Origin: Candidatus Sulfotelmatobacter sp.
Lineage (GTDB): Bacteria; Acidobacteriota; Terriglobia; Terriglobales; Acidobacteriaceae
NCBI GenBank assembly: GCA_036490235.1
Contig: DASXEG010000134.1
Location: 9,835 to 73,834, forward strand
Direction: 5' to 3'
Length of the DNA stretch: 64,000 nucleotides
The notes below the pieces were generated by a model that searched no databases, was not told where the DNA came from, and was given only the letters and a program-made list of their open reading frames with translations. Positions 10,222 to 20,139 of the stretch are shown here, in pieces. How positions within the stretch are numbered: position 1 is the stretch's first letter; every line of letters begins with the position of its first letter. Both the position numbers and the translations under genes were made by a program.

Positions 10222-10977
10222 CTAACCAGTCGGCTTTTCTTTCCGCCTCCACGGGGCGCGCTCACTCGAACCCCATGCCAGGTTTTCCACCGTCGCTGGC
10301 TTTGCATTTACACTCTCTTCTTCAGTGTCCGAATCTTTCGTTGCGCCCGCCGTAATCGGCTTGTTGGGAATAGTCTCGTAGGCGTACCCGGTCAACACCG
10401 CGCTGCGTTCGGCGGTCGCAACACGCGCCCATCCGAAATGAATTTCTCCATTAATCAGAAACTTCAAACCGAGGTAAGGCGGATGCGCTCCGTGCCACGG
10501 GCAATGGCTGCTGCGCCCTCGCGTATAACTTCCAGCAGCCTCCACCATGATTAGCGCTTTCGGTGCGAACAAGCGGGCCTTATCGATGCTCAATCCCGCG
10601 CGCACCGCGACCGCGCACTGATCTTTGTCGCTGCTCACTCCCCACACTTCATTCCCGGCCTGCGCCGGAATCACTCGCAGCCACGAGCTAAAATTGCCCA
10701 TCGGAGGCGCGCCGGCAAACTCGTAGATGCCTGCGCTGAGACCAAAATCTGGAACGCCATCGCCGTTGAGATCGAATTGAATCACGCCACCGTTGAGCGG
10801 GATGTTTATATTCACCTCGCTGGAGATGATGCGTGCTTCAGCAGGCTCTGCTGCGGACAAAATTCCCGTGCCGGCTGCAGCGGCGGCCAGTGCGTAGGCG
10901 GTGAGCTGTTTGTCTAACTTGAAACTGACGGCACGATGTTCGCGAACACGACTTCCTCTCGACTGCTTCTGGGACAT
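10222..10977 (-). CDS. Hypothetical secreted protein
   Basis: An N-terminal hydrophobic stretch (LTAYALAAAAAGTGILSAAEPAEA) looks like a signal peptide. A YLGLKFLINGEIHFGWARV motif is seen in other uncharacterised secreted proteins. Confidence 0.55.
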   Translation of the reverse strand: MSQKQSRGSRVREHRAVSFKLDKQLTAYALAAAAAGTGILSAAEPAEARIISSEVNINIPLNGGVIQFDLNGDGVPDFGLSAGIYEFAGAPPMGNFSSWLRVIPAQAGNEVWGVSSDKDQCAVAVRAGLSIDKARLFAPKALIMVEAAGSYTRGRSSHCPWHGAHPPYLGLKFLINGEIHFGWARVATAERSAVLTGYAYETIPNKPITAGATKDSDTEEESVNAKPATVENLAWGSSERAPWRRKEKPTG

Positions 10978-11183
10978 TGCGTCTGCCTTTGTCGGCCGGG
11001 GCTCCGGCCCGAGTCTACGAGTCCTTTGGGGGAGGATTGCAAACGATAATACAGCAGTAAGGTCAGGGAAGGAATCGTCAGAGGTACATAGGATGTAAAC
11101 AGATGCGTGCCTTCCAGACAGGCATAGCTTTGCGGAGACGGGAGATTATTTGGCGGACTTTGGCGTTAACGTGACCCCCTGAT

Positions 11184-11399
11184 ATGCAATATTCTGCATT
11201 CGTGACAGCGCCCTCGTCCAATGCGGCTTTGAGTTTTGAGGCATGGAAAGATTATCTGTGCAGCGACTGCGTCAGAAATGAAAAGCTCGCAGCATATAAC
11301 TGTCTCGGCGATTTCATCTTGAAATTGCTCTACGATAACGGCATTGCGCCGACCGTGGACGCAATCCTGAACGACGAAGTGGGGCAAAAGGCCGTCTGA
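11184..11399 (+). CDS. Possible small hypothetical protein (71 aa)
   Basis: It is the only protein-like ORF in a 550-nt spacer, and its composition is balanced (AYNCLGDFILKLLYDNGIAPTVDAILNDEV). No RBS or homology evidence supports it. Confidence 0.3.
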   Translation: MQYSAFVTAPSSNAALSFEAWKDYLCSDCVRNEKLAAYNCLGDFILKLLYDNGIAPTVDAILNDEVGQKAV

Positions 11400-11528
11400 C
11401 AATTGCAGTTTCGCAGTTCAGATGAGCTTGTATCCCGCAGATGATCCGGATGGATTCCGCTGAAGGTCCCTGCTAAAGCCTCGCAATCTCAGTTCGAAAA
11501 CAGGAGCTGCGAGGCATTCGATCGAACA

Positions 11529-13391
11529 CTACTTTGTTGCTTTCTTGGAGTTGGTCGAGAAGTTGAAGATTTCCGTCGCCCAAGTTAGCGCTTTGGGCAT
11601 TTCGTTCCCGTTTAAATATTCGTTGACGCCCCAGAACTCCAAGCCGTTCGCCGGATCCAGCGCGACCGAAACATAGTTCCCCCAATCGGGAACGTAGGTC
11701 GGACTGCCAGTGCTCACGCCTGTCCCTTCCAAAACAAGGCTCGGCACTTGCGGATTCCACGTCGAAGTCGCGCTGTCATAAACGATCTGCGCGGAATAAA
11801 TACTGGGCGGTATCGGATTAACGGTTCCCGAATCATCTTCACTAAACGTGAGGCCAAGCGTGTCCTGCGAATTAATGGCAACGCTCGCTGTCCAGCCGCT
11901 CCATGTCGAATCCGAAGCCGGGAAAGTTCCGGACGTAGCAAGCGAAGGCACTGCTCCCGGGCTCGCCAGCAGAACCGAGTACTGCACCGTCTGCTGCGGC
12001 GCCGATTGCGTGCCGTCTCCGTTCCATATTGTGTTCGTTCCGGCAAGAATTTCTTCGTTCAAAATCGAGGTATCGTAGCGATACGCAAATCGACCGCTGA
12101 CGCGATCCGAGAGACCATCAACCACCTGCGTTGAAGTCGCGGGATTAGGCTGCAACACGCAGAACGTGTCGCTCGGTTTCCACGGGTTATAGCAGCCGGG
12201 CATGAATGTGCTCGAAACCACCGTCCCCGGGGCTCCGGTCGAAATCTCGGACCAGGTCCACAGCATCAACTCCGCGGAACTGGCGCACGTGTAGCTTTTG
12301 TAACAATTCGAGCCCTGCGTCCAGATCGTTCCGTTTGTGATCGGGTTTACTTGCCCAAGGAAATATTCTCCTTCCGTGCTCGGGGCGACCGTGGTGCTGT
12401 CCATATCTGCCGGTATGAGGCTGTGGATGATGGAATCGAAACCACTGGTTCGCGTCGGCAGATAGACGGCGCACTGCGCGTTCGACGCCGGCTTACCCGC
12501 GATGATGTCTGCCTTATCGAGCGAGCATACGACGTAGCCGAGAATATGCTGGTAGTCGGGCGAGCCGACGGTGTTGTCGATGTAATCGATCGCAACGTAA
12601 AAGGCACTTCCAAATGTGCCGATGCGCGGATAGTCGAAGTAGGCGCGAACTCCGCTATCGGAGACCATCATGCTGCCGAGGCTGAAGCCGTAAGAGTTCC
12701 AGTAGCTGCGTCCGTTGGTGCCCAGCAAATTATCTTGCGTGCTCGCCGCGATGCAGATGGCCGGGACATTCTTCGATGACGCAGTCGAAATGCCGGAAAG
12801 GATGAAGACCGCATCGGGTTGATCGTAAGTCGCATTGAGGTCCACCGAGAGGCTGCCGCAATTCGCACTCAACGGCGATCCGGCATACGAAGCCCATGGC
12901 CTGCTCGGAGACTGCGGCGTCGGCGTCTTCGTTCCATTCTTAACAAAGATCGGATTCCCCGAGACTTTGTCGAACGCCTGAACGCCGCTATTCACAAACT
13001 CCAAAACCTGCTTCTGTCCGACGGCGCCGTTAGCATTGGGCGTGTCGTATGTGGGTGATCCGGAAAAATTCGAGTAAGCGATTCCAGAGAACTCGGAACC
13101 CGCCGTTCCAGCCGCAGGTTTCACCGCGTAAAAACCGATGTTTGGGGATCCACTAGGCTGCGAGCACCCGTTTGCGGACGTGCTCTGACAGGCAATTTGC
13201 GAAGCCGTGTACATCCCGCAAAATCCATACTGATTCGGCGTCGCGCCCCCGGGACAGCTCACCGCTGCCAGCACAAAATTCGGAGAGAGAAATAGCAGTA
13301 ATGCGCAGAAGTAACGTGTCAGAGTATTACCCCTCGTTCTTGAAACCGGCAAACTAGATCGCGAGACACTGCGAGCTATTGCCCACTTCAA
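11529..13391 (-). CDS. Large secreted hypothetical protein, paralog of 13475..15643
   Basis: A signal peptide is present (LLLFLSPNFVLAAV). It shares motifs with its neighbour: NGAVGQKQVLEFVN, HSLIPADMD, PGCY, DRVSGRFAYRY, WGNYVSVALDPANGLEFWGVNEY. Confidence 0.7.
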   Translation of the reverse strand: MKWAIARSVSRSSLPVSRTRGNTLTRYFCALLLFLSPNFVLAAVSCPGGATPNQYGFCGMYTASQIACQSTSANGCSQPSGSPNIGFYAVKPAAGTAGSEFSGIAYSNFSGSPTYDTPNANGAVGQKQVLEFVNSGVQAFDKVSGNPIFVKNGTKTPTPQSPSRPWASYAGSPLSANCGSLSVDLNATYDQPDAVFILSGISTASSKNVPAICIAASTQDNLLGTNGRSYWNSYGFSLGSMMVSDSGVRAYFDYPRIGTFGSAFYVAIDYIDNTVGSPDYQHILGYVVCSLDKADIIAGKPASNAQCAVYLPTRTSGFDSIIHSLIPADMDSTTVAPSTEGEYFLGQVNPITNGTIWTQGSNCYKSYTCASSAELMLWTWSEISTGAPGTVVSSTFMPGCYNPWKPSDTFCVLQPNPATSTQVVDGLSDRVSGRFAYRYDTSILNEEILAGTNTIWNGDGTQSAPQQTVQYSVLLASPGAVPSLATSGTFPASDSTWSGWTASVAINSQDTLGLTFSEDDSGTVNPIPPSIYSAQIVYDSATSTWNPQVPSLVLEGTGVSTGSPTYVPDWGNYVSVALDPANGLEFWGVNEYLNGNEMPKALTWATEIFNFSTNSKKATK

Positions 13392-13474
13392 CAGCGTTAC
13401 AGCAGGCTGTCAATGGCATCGTAGTGCCAATAGCCGCCTTCGAATGGGATCGAAAACATCCGGGAAAGAAGACT

Positions 13475-15643
13475 CTACTGGCAGCCGGGAAGTTGAAAAT
13501 TGGAGATGTTCGTCGCCCACGGTCCCGGAGTACCCGTGGTATTTGCAGGCCAATATTCGTTCACGTACCAGAAGGTGCAATCGTCCGTGGGGTCCACGCT
13601 AATGTCGGCATATGACCCCCATTGACCTAAATTCGGGTTTTGCCCCTGCTTCAAAGCGAGAGGAATCTCTTCGCCGGGACCGTTGAGAATCGTAACTTCC
13701 TGCGGCTGATTCGCATTCACCGGGTTCAGATTCCAGTAAGAGAGACTAATTCCCGGATTGCTTGAGGGATTTGAAATGCTGTACCCTGCCGCCGCATTTC
13801 CGTTCTTATCCTCGGCAATGCTCGGCAGGAACCGGTAGTAGACAGAATCTGGAGTGATTCTGCCCTGCTGCGCGAGTGAGGGCGTTCCGCTTCCGCTCCC
13901 GTCGCCGCGCAGTTCGTACCAGCGCACACCGGTTTGTGTAGCGTCCTGGCCCACTCCAAGACCGGTTTGCACCGTGTGGCTAACCAGGAAGGACTCGTAC
14001 GGAGTCGCGGCAGCGGAAAAATTTCGATACGCAAATCGCGGCATAAGCCGGTCGCCGACCGAGTCAACCTTGATGCCCCCGAGCCCAGTTACTCCCATCT
14101 CGGGTACGCAAGTCGTCTCGCCCGGTTCACTCTGCGTATAGCAGCCGGGAATGTATGTATCCACAGCCGGTGTTGAAAGATTCTCCAAGGTAAGTGTCGC
14201 CGGCGCCGTCCAATCCACATGAAAATCCCATAAGTTAATGGTCGACGAACTCTCGATGCCATTCGCCAAGCCGGGATCCTGCGGATTCTGTATGCTGACC
14301 ATGAATTCGTCCCGGCCCGTCGGTGGCGGGGTGATCCCGTCCACATCGGCCGGAATTAAACTGTGCGCCAGGTAAATTCCGTTGCTGAACCGAGTGGTGT
14401 TCGTACCGAAGTCCTCGTAACAGGCCAACGCGGGAGTGGAAGTTGGGTTCGTCAGAATACCATTTCGATCGATGGCACAAACCAGAACGCCGGACTCGTA
14501 CTGCGTGCTGGGATCAATCAAATCCATAGCCGCGTAATACCCGTCAGTCCATGTGCCCACCTTTGGCCAGTCGGGTAAATAGTAGGACACGGGATTTGAT
14601 CCGGGAACTTCGAGAAGCGGGTCGAGGGGGAAGTTGTAGGCGTACCACGCGAAAGTCGGAGACGTGAGGTCATCGGTGTTCGAAACCGCGATACAAAAAT
14701 TGTAGTCATCCTGAACTGTAGTTTTCCCCGCAATCACCCAACGCGAAGCCAAACGGTCAAAAATGATTACCGCGTCCAGTTGGATAGCCGGTCCATTCGC
14801 ACCGACCTCCCCGCACGGCGAAGTACTTGGCCACGGCGTATTGATGGATTGCGGACTCGACCATACAGGCGTGAAGGGGGGTATTTTGCTATATCCCTGA
14901 AAAGAGGTATTTACATATTCCATGTACTGCTTAGTTCCCACCGCACCATTTGGGTCAATGTCATCCTCGGTTGACCCGCCCCCGACCGAGGAGTCCAAAC
15001 CGTTGAAAGAAGTTATCGGGTTGACAGTCAACGTGGCGTTTACCCCAGCGGACTGCGCTCCGCTCGACGTGGTCGCCACCGCGGTGAAGGTGGTGGTCTG
15101 GCTTGGAGACGGGATGCTTACGTTGGCGCCGCTGGCTCCAACCCGTCCCGGGCTAGCGCCGACGTTGGCGTTAATCACCACATACGCCGCGTTCGTAGAA
15201 TTCCAGCTCAGCGTGACGCCACCCCCCACCAGAATTGTGCCGGGATTTACAGTGAAAGAAGTGACCATGGGCGCCTGCGCCACCGTCACTGTTGCCGACG
15301 CTTTGGTACTGCCTCCCGCACCGGTCGCCGTATAAACGTAGGTCGTTGTATCGGTGGGCTGGACCGTAATCTGTCCCTGACTCCCTGGGGCGTTTTGCCC
15401 GTTTATGCTGCCGGAAGTGGCATTCGTGGAGGTGTATACGAGCGTGACCGTGGTATTCGCGCCGGCTGTGATGGTAGAAGGAGTGGCGGTCAGGGTAGCG
15501 GTCGGCGGCGACGACGATCCGTTGCTGCTCGAAGAACCACCACAACTCGCCAACACAACGCAGGAGAAGGCAAGAAATGTAAACGACCAAACTCGTCGCC
15601 GGGAGAGTTCTGCGAAACCTATGATCATTGTTGCAGCAGTCAC
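13475..15643 (-). CDS. Large secreted hypothetical lipoprotein-like protein with two N-terminal Ig-like repeats, paralog of 11529..13391
   Basis: The signal/lipobox-like segment is FLAFSCVVLASCGG. Two ~85-aa repeats are present (TLTATPSTITAGANTTVTL..., FTVNPGTILVGGGVTLSWNS...). Shared motifs are NGAVGTKQYMEYVN, HSLIPADVD, PGCY, DRLMPRFAYRNF, WGSYADISVDPTDDCTFWYVNEY. Confidence 0.7.
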   Translation of the reverse strand: MTAATMIIGFAELSRRRVWSFTFLAFSCVVLASCGGSSSSNGSSSPPTATLTATPSTITAGANTTVTLVYTSTNATSGSINGQNAPGSQGQITVQPTDTTTYVYTATGAGGSTKASATVTVAQAPMVTSFTVNPGTILVGGGVTLSWNSTNAAYVVINANVGASPGRVGASGANVSIPSPSQTTTFTAVATTSSGAQSAGVNATLTVNPITSFNGLDSSVGGGSTEDDIDPNGAVGTKQYMEYVNTSFQGYSKIPPFTPVWSSPQSINTPWPSTSPCGEVGANGPAIQLDAVIIFDRLASRWVIAGKTTVQDDYNFCIAVSNTDDLTSPTFAWYAYNFPLDPLLEVPGSNPVSYYLPDWPKVGTWTDGYYAAMDLIDPSTQYESGVLVCAIDRNGILTNPTSTPALACYEDFGTNTTRFSNGIYLAHSLIPADVDGITPPPTGRDEFMVSIQNPQDPGLANGIESSSTINLWDFHVDWTAPATLTLENLSTPAVDTYIPGCYTQSEPGETTCVPEMGVTGLGGIKVDSVGDRLMPRFAYRNFSAAATPYESFLVSHTVQTGLGVGQDATQTGVRWYELRGDGSGSGTPSLAQQGRITPDSVYYRFLPSIAEDKNGNAAAGYSISNPSSNPGISLSYWNLNPVNANQPQEVTILNGPGEEIPLALKQGQNPNLGQWGSYADISVDPTDDCTFWYVNEYWPANTTGTPGPWATNISNFQLPGCQ

Positions 15644-15819
15644 ATCTTATCCCCTGAGTTGTGCTTGCTTGTCGCCCTGCGGGGGACGCCGAATCGGCGG
15701 TTAAAGATCACGTGAAGATGCAGGTAGCGTGCTCCCATCTTATCAAACTGGGACAAGCCTGGATTCGCACAACCGTTCGGGCGAGTGGCACCGTCGTGTG
15801 GTGACTTTGGTCATCGGAG

Positions 15820-15896
15820 TGGGGGCCCCGGGCGGAGTCGAACCGCCGACCAACGGTTTAGGAAACCGCTGCTCTATCCAACTGAGCTACGGGGCC
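15820..15896 (-). tRNA. tRNA-Arg (anticodon CCT), CCA encoded
   Basis: The reverse complement folds as a cloverleaf: GGCCCCG-TA-GCTC-AGTTGGATA-GAGC-A-GCGGT-TTCCTAA-ACCGT-TGGTC-GGCGG-TTCGACT-CCGCC-CGGGGCC-C-CCA. The anticodon loop TT-CCT-AA gives CCT. Confidence 0.92.
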
Positions 15897-16003
15897 GCGT
15901 GAAATGCGGGGGCTGGTGCCCTTCATTATCGCACGCCAATCGTGCACATCTTCGGGACGGTTTGCCCGCCGCGCCGCAAATGATTTACCCTCGCGGCAGT
16001 CCA

Positions 16004-17152
16004 ATGAATCCAACCCGCGCCAACTCCGGCACTGCCTCCGATCGTTTTTCCCATGACATGCGCCGGGAAATTTACCAACAGCCGCAGGCCATCGCGAAGA
16101 CCGTTGATCAACATCTGAAGGACGACATTCTTTTTCCCGGCGAACTGCATGCCATCGAAAGCGCGCTGCTCACATTCGAGAAGCTGATCATCGCCGCCAG
16201 CGGCTCCAGCCGCCACGCAGGATTAGCCGGCGAAATCATGATCGAGGATCTTTCAGGCGTTGCCGTCGACGTGGAATACGCCAGTGAATACTGCTACCGC
16301 TCCACTCATGCCGCCGTCGATCCAATCGTCATGGTGGTTACGCAATCCGGCGAAACCGCCGATACCATCGCGGCCCAGCGTGAAGCCCTTACGCGCGGCG
16401 TAAAGACCATCGCCGTGTCGAATGTCGCAGATACAACCATTCCCCGTGAGGCGAGTGCAGCGCTGATCACCGGCGCGGGCCCGGAGATCGCGATCCCGGC
16501 GACAAAGAGTTTCACAACTCAGGTAACAATTCTTTATCTGATGGCGCTTTTTCTTGCGCGCCGCCGCGGACGCATGACCTCGGAAGTGACGCGCACTTAC
16601 CTGCAGAGCCTGCTGAGCTTGCCCGAAGCGATCGGTCGCAGCCTTCGCTCCTGGGACGAGTTGGCCGAGCGTTTCGCCGAAAAACAATATCACGCCGAGA
16701 AATTCCTTTATCTCGGACGCGGAGTGCACTACGCCATTGCACGCGAGGGCGCGTTGAAGCTGAAAGAAACTTCGTACGCCCATGCCGAAGGCTATCCCGC
16801 CGGGGAGCTAAAGCACGGCCCCAACGCGCTGGTGGATGAAAACCTGCCGGTGGTTGTGCTGGCGACATTCGACCGCAACGATCCCGACTCGGTTCTGCGA
16901 TATCGCCGTACCCTTGATGTGATGAAAGAAGTGAGATCGCGCAATGGACGGCTGGTGGCGGTTGGGACCGAGGGCGATGACGAGATCGCTGCCATTGCGG
17001 ATGAAGTTTTCTCCGTTCCCCCGGCTCCTGAGTTGTTGCTGCCTATTGTGGAAGTCATCCCGCTGCAGTTGTTCGCTTACCATGTAGCCACGAAAAAAGG
17101 CTACGACGTCGACCGCCCGCGAAATCTGGTGAAAGCGGTGGTGACGGAGTAA
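16004..17152 (+). CDS. SIS-domain sugar-phosphate isomerase/deaminase (GlmS isomerase-half-like; no glutaminase domain)
   Basis: MRREIYQQPQAI, SGSSRHAG, VVTQSGETADT and the C-terminal LQLFAYHVA...G.DVD.PRNLAKSVTVE-like tail (PRNLVKAVVTE) match the two SIS domains of GlmS/AgaS-type proteins. The start is set at ATG 16004 because the longer ORF overlaps tRNA-Arg. Confidence 0.8.
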   Translation: MNPTRANSGTASDRFSHDMRREIYQQPQAIAKTVDQHLKDDILFPGELHAIESALLTFEKLIIAASGSSRHAGLAGEIMIEDLSGVAVDVEYASEYCYRSTHAAVDPIVMVVTQSGETADTIAAQREALTRGVKTIAVSNVADTTIPREASAALITGAGPEIAIPATKSFTTQVTILYLMALFLARRRGRMTSEVTRTYLQSLLSLPEAIGRSLRSWDELAERFAEKQYHAEKFLYLGRGVHYAIAREGALKLKETSYAHAEGYPAGELKHGPNALVDENLPVVVLATFDRNDPDSVLRYRRTLDVMKEVRSRNGRLVAVGTEGDDEIAAIADEVFSVPPAPELLLPIVEVIPLQLFAYHVATKKGYDVDRPRNLVKAVVTE

Positions 17153-17180
17153 TACATCGCTCTTCTCAAAATAATTCAGA

Positions 17181-18647
17181 ATGCCCAAGCCCGATTCATC
17201 CCATATCGATCTGCAGGCGATTGCGCTCGACGTGGTGCGAGAGCGCGGCTTCAATCCTGACTTTCCGCCTGCGGTTGGAAAACAACTCATTGAACTGCAC
17301 GCCCACCCGCCGCAAATAGCACCGGGACAAGATGTGCGCGACCTGCGCGATCTTCTCTGGTCGTCGATTGACAACGATACCTCGCGCGATCTCGATCAGA
17401 TTGAAGTCGCCGAGCAACAAGCGAACGGCAACGTCAAAGTGATGGTAGGCATTGCAGACGTCGATGCCTTTGTGCCCAAGCTAACGCCGATCGATCAGCA
17501 CGCCGCCCGCGAAACGGCCACCGTCTACGCGGGAGTGCGGAATTTCCCAATGCTGCCGGAGGAACTGAGCACCGGCAAGACTTCCCTTCTCGAAAATCAG
17601 GACTGCCTGAGCGTGGTCGTCGAATTCATGGTCGATGCAGGCGGCCAAGTCACTTCCAGCGAGGTCTATCGCGCTGTCGTTCGCAATAAAGCTCAACTGC
17701 AATACAACTCTCTGGGCGCGTGGCTGGAAGGCACTGGCCCGGCGCCACAGAAGGTCGCCGACTCCGCAGAGCTTCAGGCTCAGCTTCAGCTGCAAAATCA
17801 AACCGCGCAACGGCTCAAGACGCAGCGCTTCTCTCACGGAGCGCTTACGTTGCAAACAACTGAGTTTCAGCCGCTAATCGTGAATGACCAAGTCATCGAA
17901 CTGCAGAAGCAGCAGAAAAATCACGCCACGGAGTTGATCGAAGATTTCATGATCGCCGCCAACGGTGTCGTGGCCCGCATGCTCGAAAAAGTGTCGTCAT
18001 TGCGCCGCATTGTGAAGGAACCGGAGCGCTGGGACCGCATCGTCCAACTTGCCGCCGCGCATGGTGAGAAACTTCCGTCCAGTCCTGACTCTAAAGCCCT
18101 CAGCGATTTTTTGCTCAAGCAGGAAGCCGCCGCGCCTGAACATTTCGCCGATCTCTCGCTCGCGGTCGTGAAGTTGATCGGCCGCGGCGAATATGTGCTC
18201 GAACGTCCCGGCGAAACGGCGCCGGGACATTTCGGCCTTGCCGTCCGAGACTATACCCACTCGACCGCGCCGAATCGCCGCTTCGTCGATATTGTGACGC
18301 AGCGGATCACCAAAGCTACGCTCGCTGGAAAAGAAAACCCTTACTCCGATTCGGAACTCACGGCCATCGCGGCCAATTGCACCGAAAAAGAAAATGCCGC
18401 GAATAAAGTGGAGCGCGATATGACAAAACGAATGGCTGCGGTCGCGATGCAGAAGCGAATCGGCGAGACCTTCGACGCCTTGGTAACAGGCGTGACATCG
18501 AACGGAACCTTCGTCCGCGCAGTGCAACCGCAAGTCGAAGGCCTACTGGCGCAAGGCGCGCAAGGACTCGATGTTGGCGATAAACTTCGCGTCAAACTCG
18601 TCCGCACCGATGTGCAGCACGGCTTCATCGATTTCGCGAAGGTGTAG
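17181..18647 (+). CDS. RNB-domain exoribonuclease (RNase II/R family) with C-terminal S1-like domain
   Basis: RDLDQIEV, VGIADV, TVYAG...PMLPEELS and HFGLAVRDYTHSTAPNRRFVDIVTQR are RNB catalytic-domain signatures. The terminal GTFVRAV...GDKLRVKLVRTD resembles S1. Confidence 0.85.
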   Translation: MPKPDSSHIDLQAIALDVVRERGFNPDFPPAVGKQLIELHAHPPQIAPGQDVRDLRDLLWSSIDNDTSRDLDQIEVAEQQANGNVKVMVGIADVDAFVPKLTPIDQHAARETATVYAGVRNFPMLPEELSTGKTSLLENQDCLSVVVEFMVDAGGQVTSSEVYRAVVRNKAQLQYNSLGAWLEGTGPAPQKVADSAELQAQLQLQNQTAQRLKTQRFSHGALTLQTTEFQPLIVNDQVIELQKQQKNHATELIEDFMIAANGVVARMLEKVSSLRRIVKEPERWDRIVQLAAAHGEKLPSSPDSKALSDFLLKQEAAAPEHFADLSLAVVKLIGRGEYVLERPGETAPGHFGLAVRDYTHSTAPNRRFVDIVTQRITKATLAGKENPYSDSELTAIAANCTEKENAANKVERDMTKRMAAVAMQKRIGETFDALVTGVTSNGTFVRAVQPQVEGLLAQGAQGLDVGDKLRVKLVRTDVQHGFIDFAKV

Positions 18648-18766
18648 AGCGAATCGGGCCGGTTCTTCCGTTGCAACACAGGACGCCAGACTCTTTCGTA
18701 ATCCCGCGCACCTCACAAGCCAATACCAGCGCCGAATTGAGAAAGTTATCCTTTTAGCAGGCATTC

Positions 18767-19459
18767 GTGCGGATAAAGGCGGGAGGCAGTTTGCTCATAT
18801 GGCGCAAACTCGTTTGCGGCGTGATGATCGTTATAGCTCCGTCGCCGCTTCTCGCCCAATATAGCGAGCGCGCCTTGCTACGCAACGATGGCGGCACCTG
18901 GCTGAATGAAACTCCAGCCCCAGCGGTTTCTGCCATCTTCCCCGATTCGCTCATCCAGACCCAGGCCGCTCACACCGCCAGAATTGAAGCGGAAGGCTCG
19001 ACCGCGCAGATTTCGCCGGAGACGGTGGTGCAGTACCAGGGCCTCGAGCTTGCGCTCGATCACGGGATACTGCAACTCGACACCTCACGCGAAATGAAAG
19101 TGCTGATCGGTTGCATCACAATCACTCCTATCAATTCCGATCGAACTCAATACAGAGTCATCGATGTGGATGGAAAGGTGAAGATCGCCGCCTTCAAGAG
19201 CGATGTGAAAGTTCACCTTCACGGAGCAGCTCGCCGCACGAAACAGAGCAATTCATCCGATTTCATCGTTCACCAAGGCGAAGAAAAAGCTCACAGCGAA
19301 CACTGCGGAGGATACTTGCCTCGACCCGCTGACGGAACGGGGATTCAGCCCGTATGGTTGGATAGCACGGCGGCGAAAATCGCCGGAGGCGGCTTGATCG
19401 CGCTTACCTGCATAGAGATTTGCCACGGTGATGATCCGATTAGCCCTTCGAAGCCCTAG
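18767..19459 (+). CDS. Hypothetical secreted protein
   Basis: It has a GTG start and an N-terminal hydrophobic segment (VCGVMIVIAPSPLLAQ). I recognise no motifs, and the start is uncertain. Confidence 0.45.
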   Translation: MRIKAGGSLLIWRKLVCGVMIVIAPSPLLAQYSERALLRNDGGTWLNETPAPAVSAIFPDSLIQTQAAHTARIEAEGSTAQISPETVVQYQGLELALDHGILQLDTSREMKVLIGCITITPINSDRTQYRVIDVDGKVKIAAFKSDVKVHLHGAARRTKQSNSSDFIVHQGEEKAHSEHCGGYLPRPADGTGIQPVWLDSTAAKIAGGGLIALTCIEICHGDDPISPSKP

Positions 19460-19991
19460 ACCCTTCGCTCGCGGCAGCCTCTTTCGGCGCCGCCGCAGTT
19501 CCCATCGCCGTCAAGCGTCCACAACGCAGCAAATACAGCATGTAAAACACAATGATTAGATTCCCAATAAATACGCCCGAGCGCAACAGCGTGACGCCCC
19601 GCAGCAACTCCCGAATCTCCCACGGAATCAGCAAGGTACCGGATCCGAGGGCCACCCATTCGGCCCACGTCCGTTGTTTCCATAATCCATAAGCTTCAAC
19701 AAAGCGAAGAACGGAATAGGCAAAGGCCAAGCGTGCCAGCATCCAAAGACGCGCGTCGGTGAGATCGTCAGCGTAATCGAGAAACAGTTGTGCGGAACGC
19801 CGGTCGGTGCTGATGTGGAACAGCGCCAGAATGCTCTCCGCGATCACCCATGAATCTTTGTGCAAAAGCAGAATTGCGATCACGCCAAGGATCAGAACGA
19901 AAATACCCTTGAACAGCTCGACCGAGGCAACAGCCCGCAGAATGCGCCGTTGCGTTGTGGGCAGACCGGGTTTCGATGCATGTGAGGCCAT
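19440..19991 (-). CDS. DUF2127-family membrane protein
   Basis: ILRAVASVELFKGIFVLILGV...LRFVEAYGLWKQRTWAEW is the DUF2127 pattern. The start is taken at ATG 19991. Confidence 0.65.
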   Translation of the reverse strand: MASHASKPGLPTTQRRILRAVASVELFKGIFVLILGVIAILLLHKDSWVIAESILALFHISTDRRSAQLFLDYADDLTDARLWMLARLAFAYSVLRFVEAYGLWKQRTWAEWVALGSGTLLIPWEIRELLRGVTLLRSGVFIGNLIIVFYMLYLLRCGRLTAMGTAAAPKEAAASEGSRASKG

Positions 19992-20139
19992 GCTGCGCGG
20001 CGCAGTCAATTCCCAGACTAACACGGCAGAATAACCGGGCCGACTGACCCGGATAAGATGCGCTTTCCCGGACTTACGTCGGTAACTGGAGCAGACTCTT
20101 CCCCAATGGCAAGATCATGGGATCGCAAAAGGAAATCCC

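Noticed and set aside
11166-11402. Minus-strand 78-aa ORF overlapping the 71-aa plus-strand ORF
   Set aside because: Its composition is less protein-like (Cys/Arg-rich). At most one of the two can be real, and neither has strong support.
15785-16003. N-terminal 73 codons of ORF 15785..17152
   Set aside because: They overlap tRNA-Arg (15820-15896) on the opposite strand and have Arg/Gly-rich non-protein-like composition. The conserved SIS protein begins at ATG 16004.
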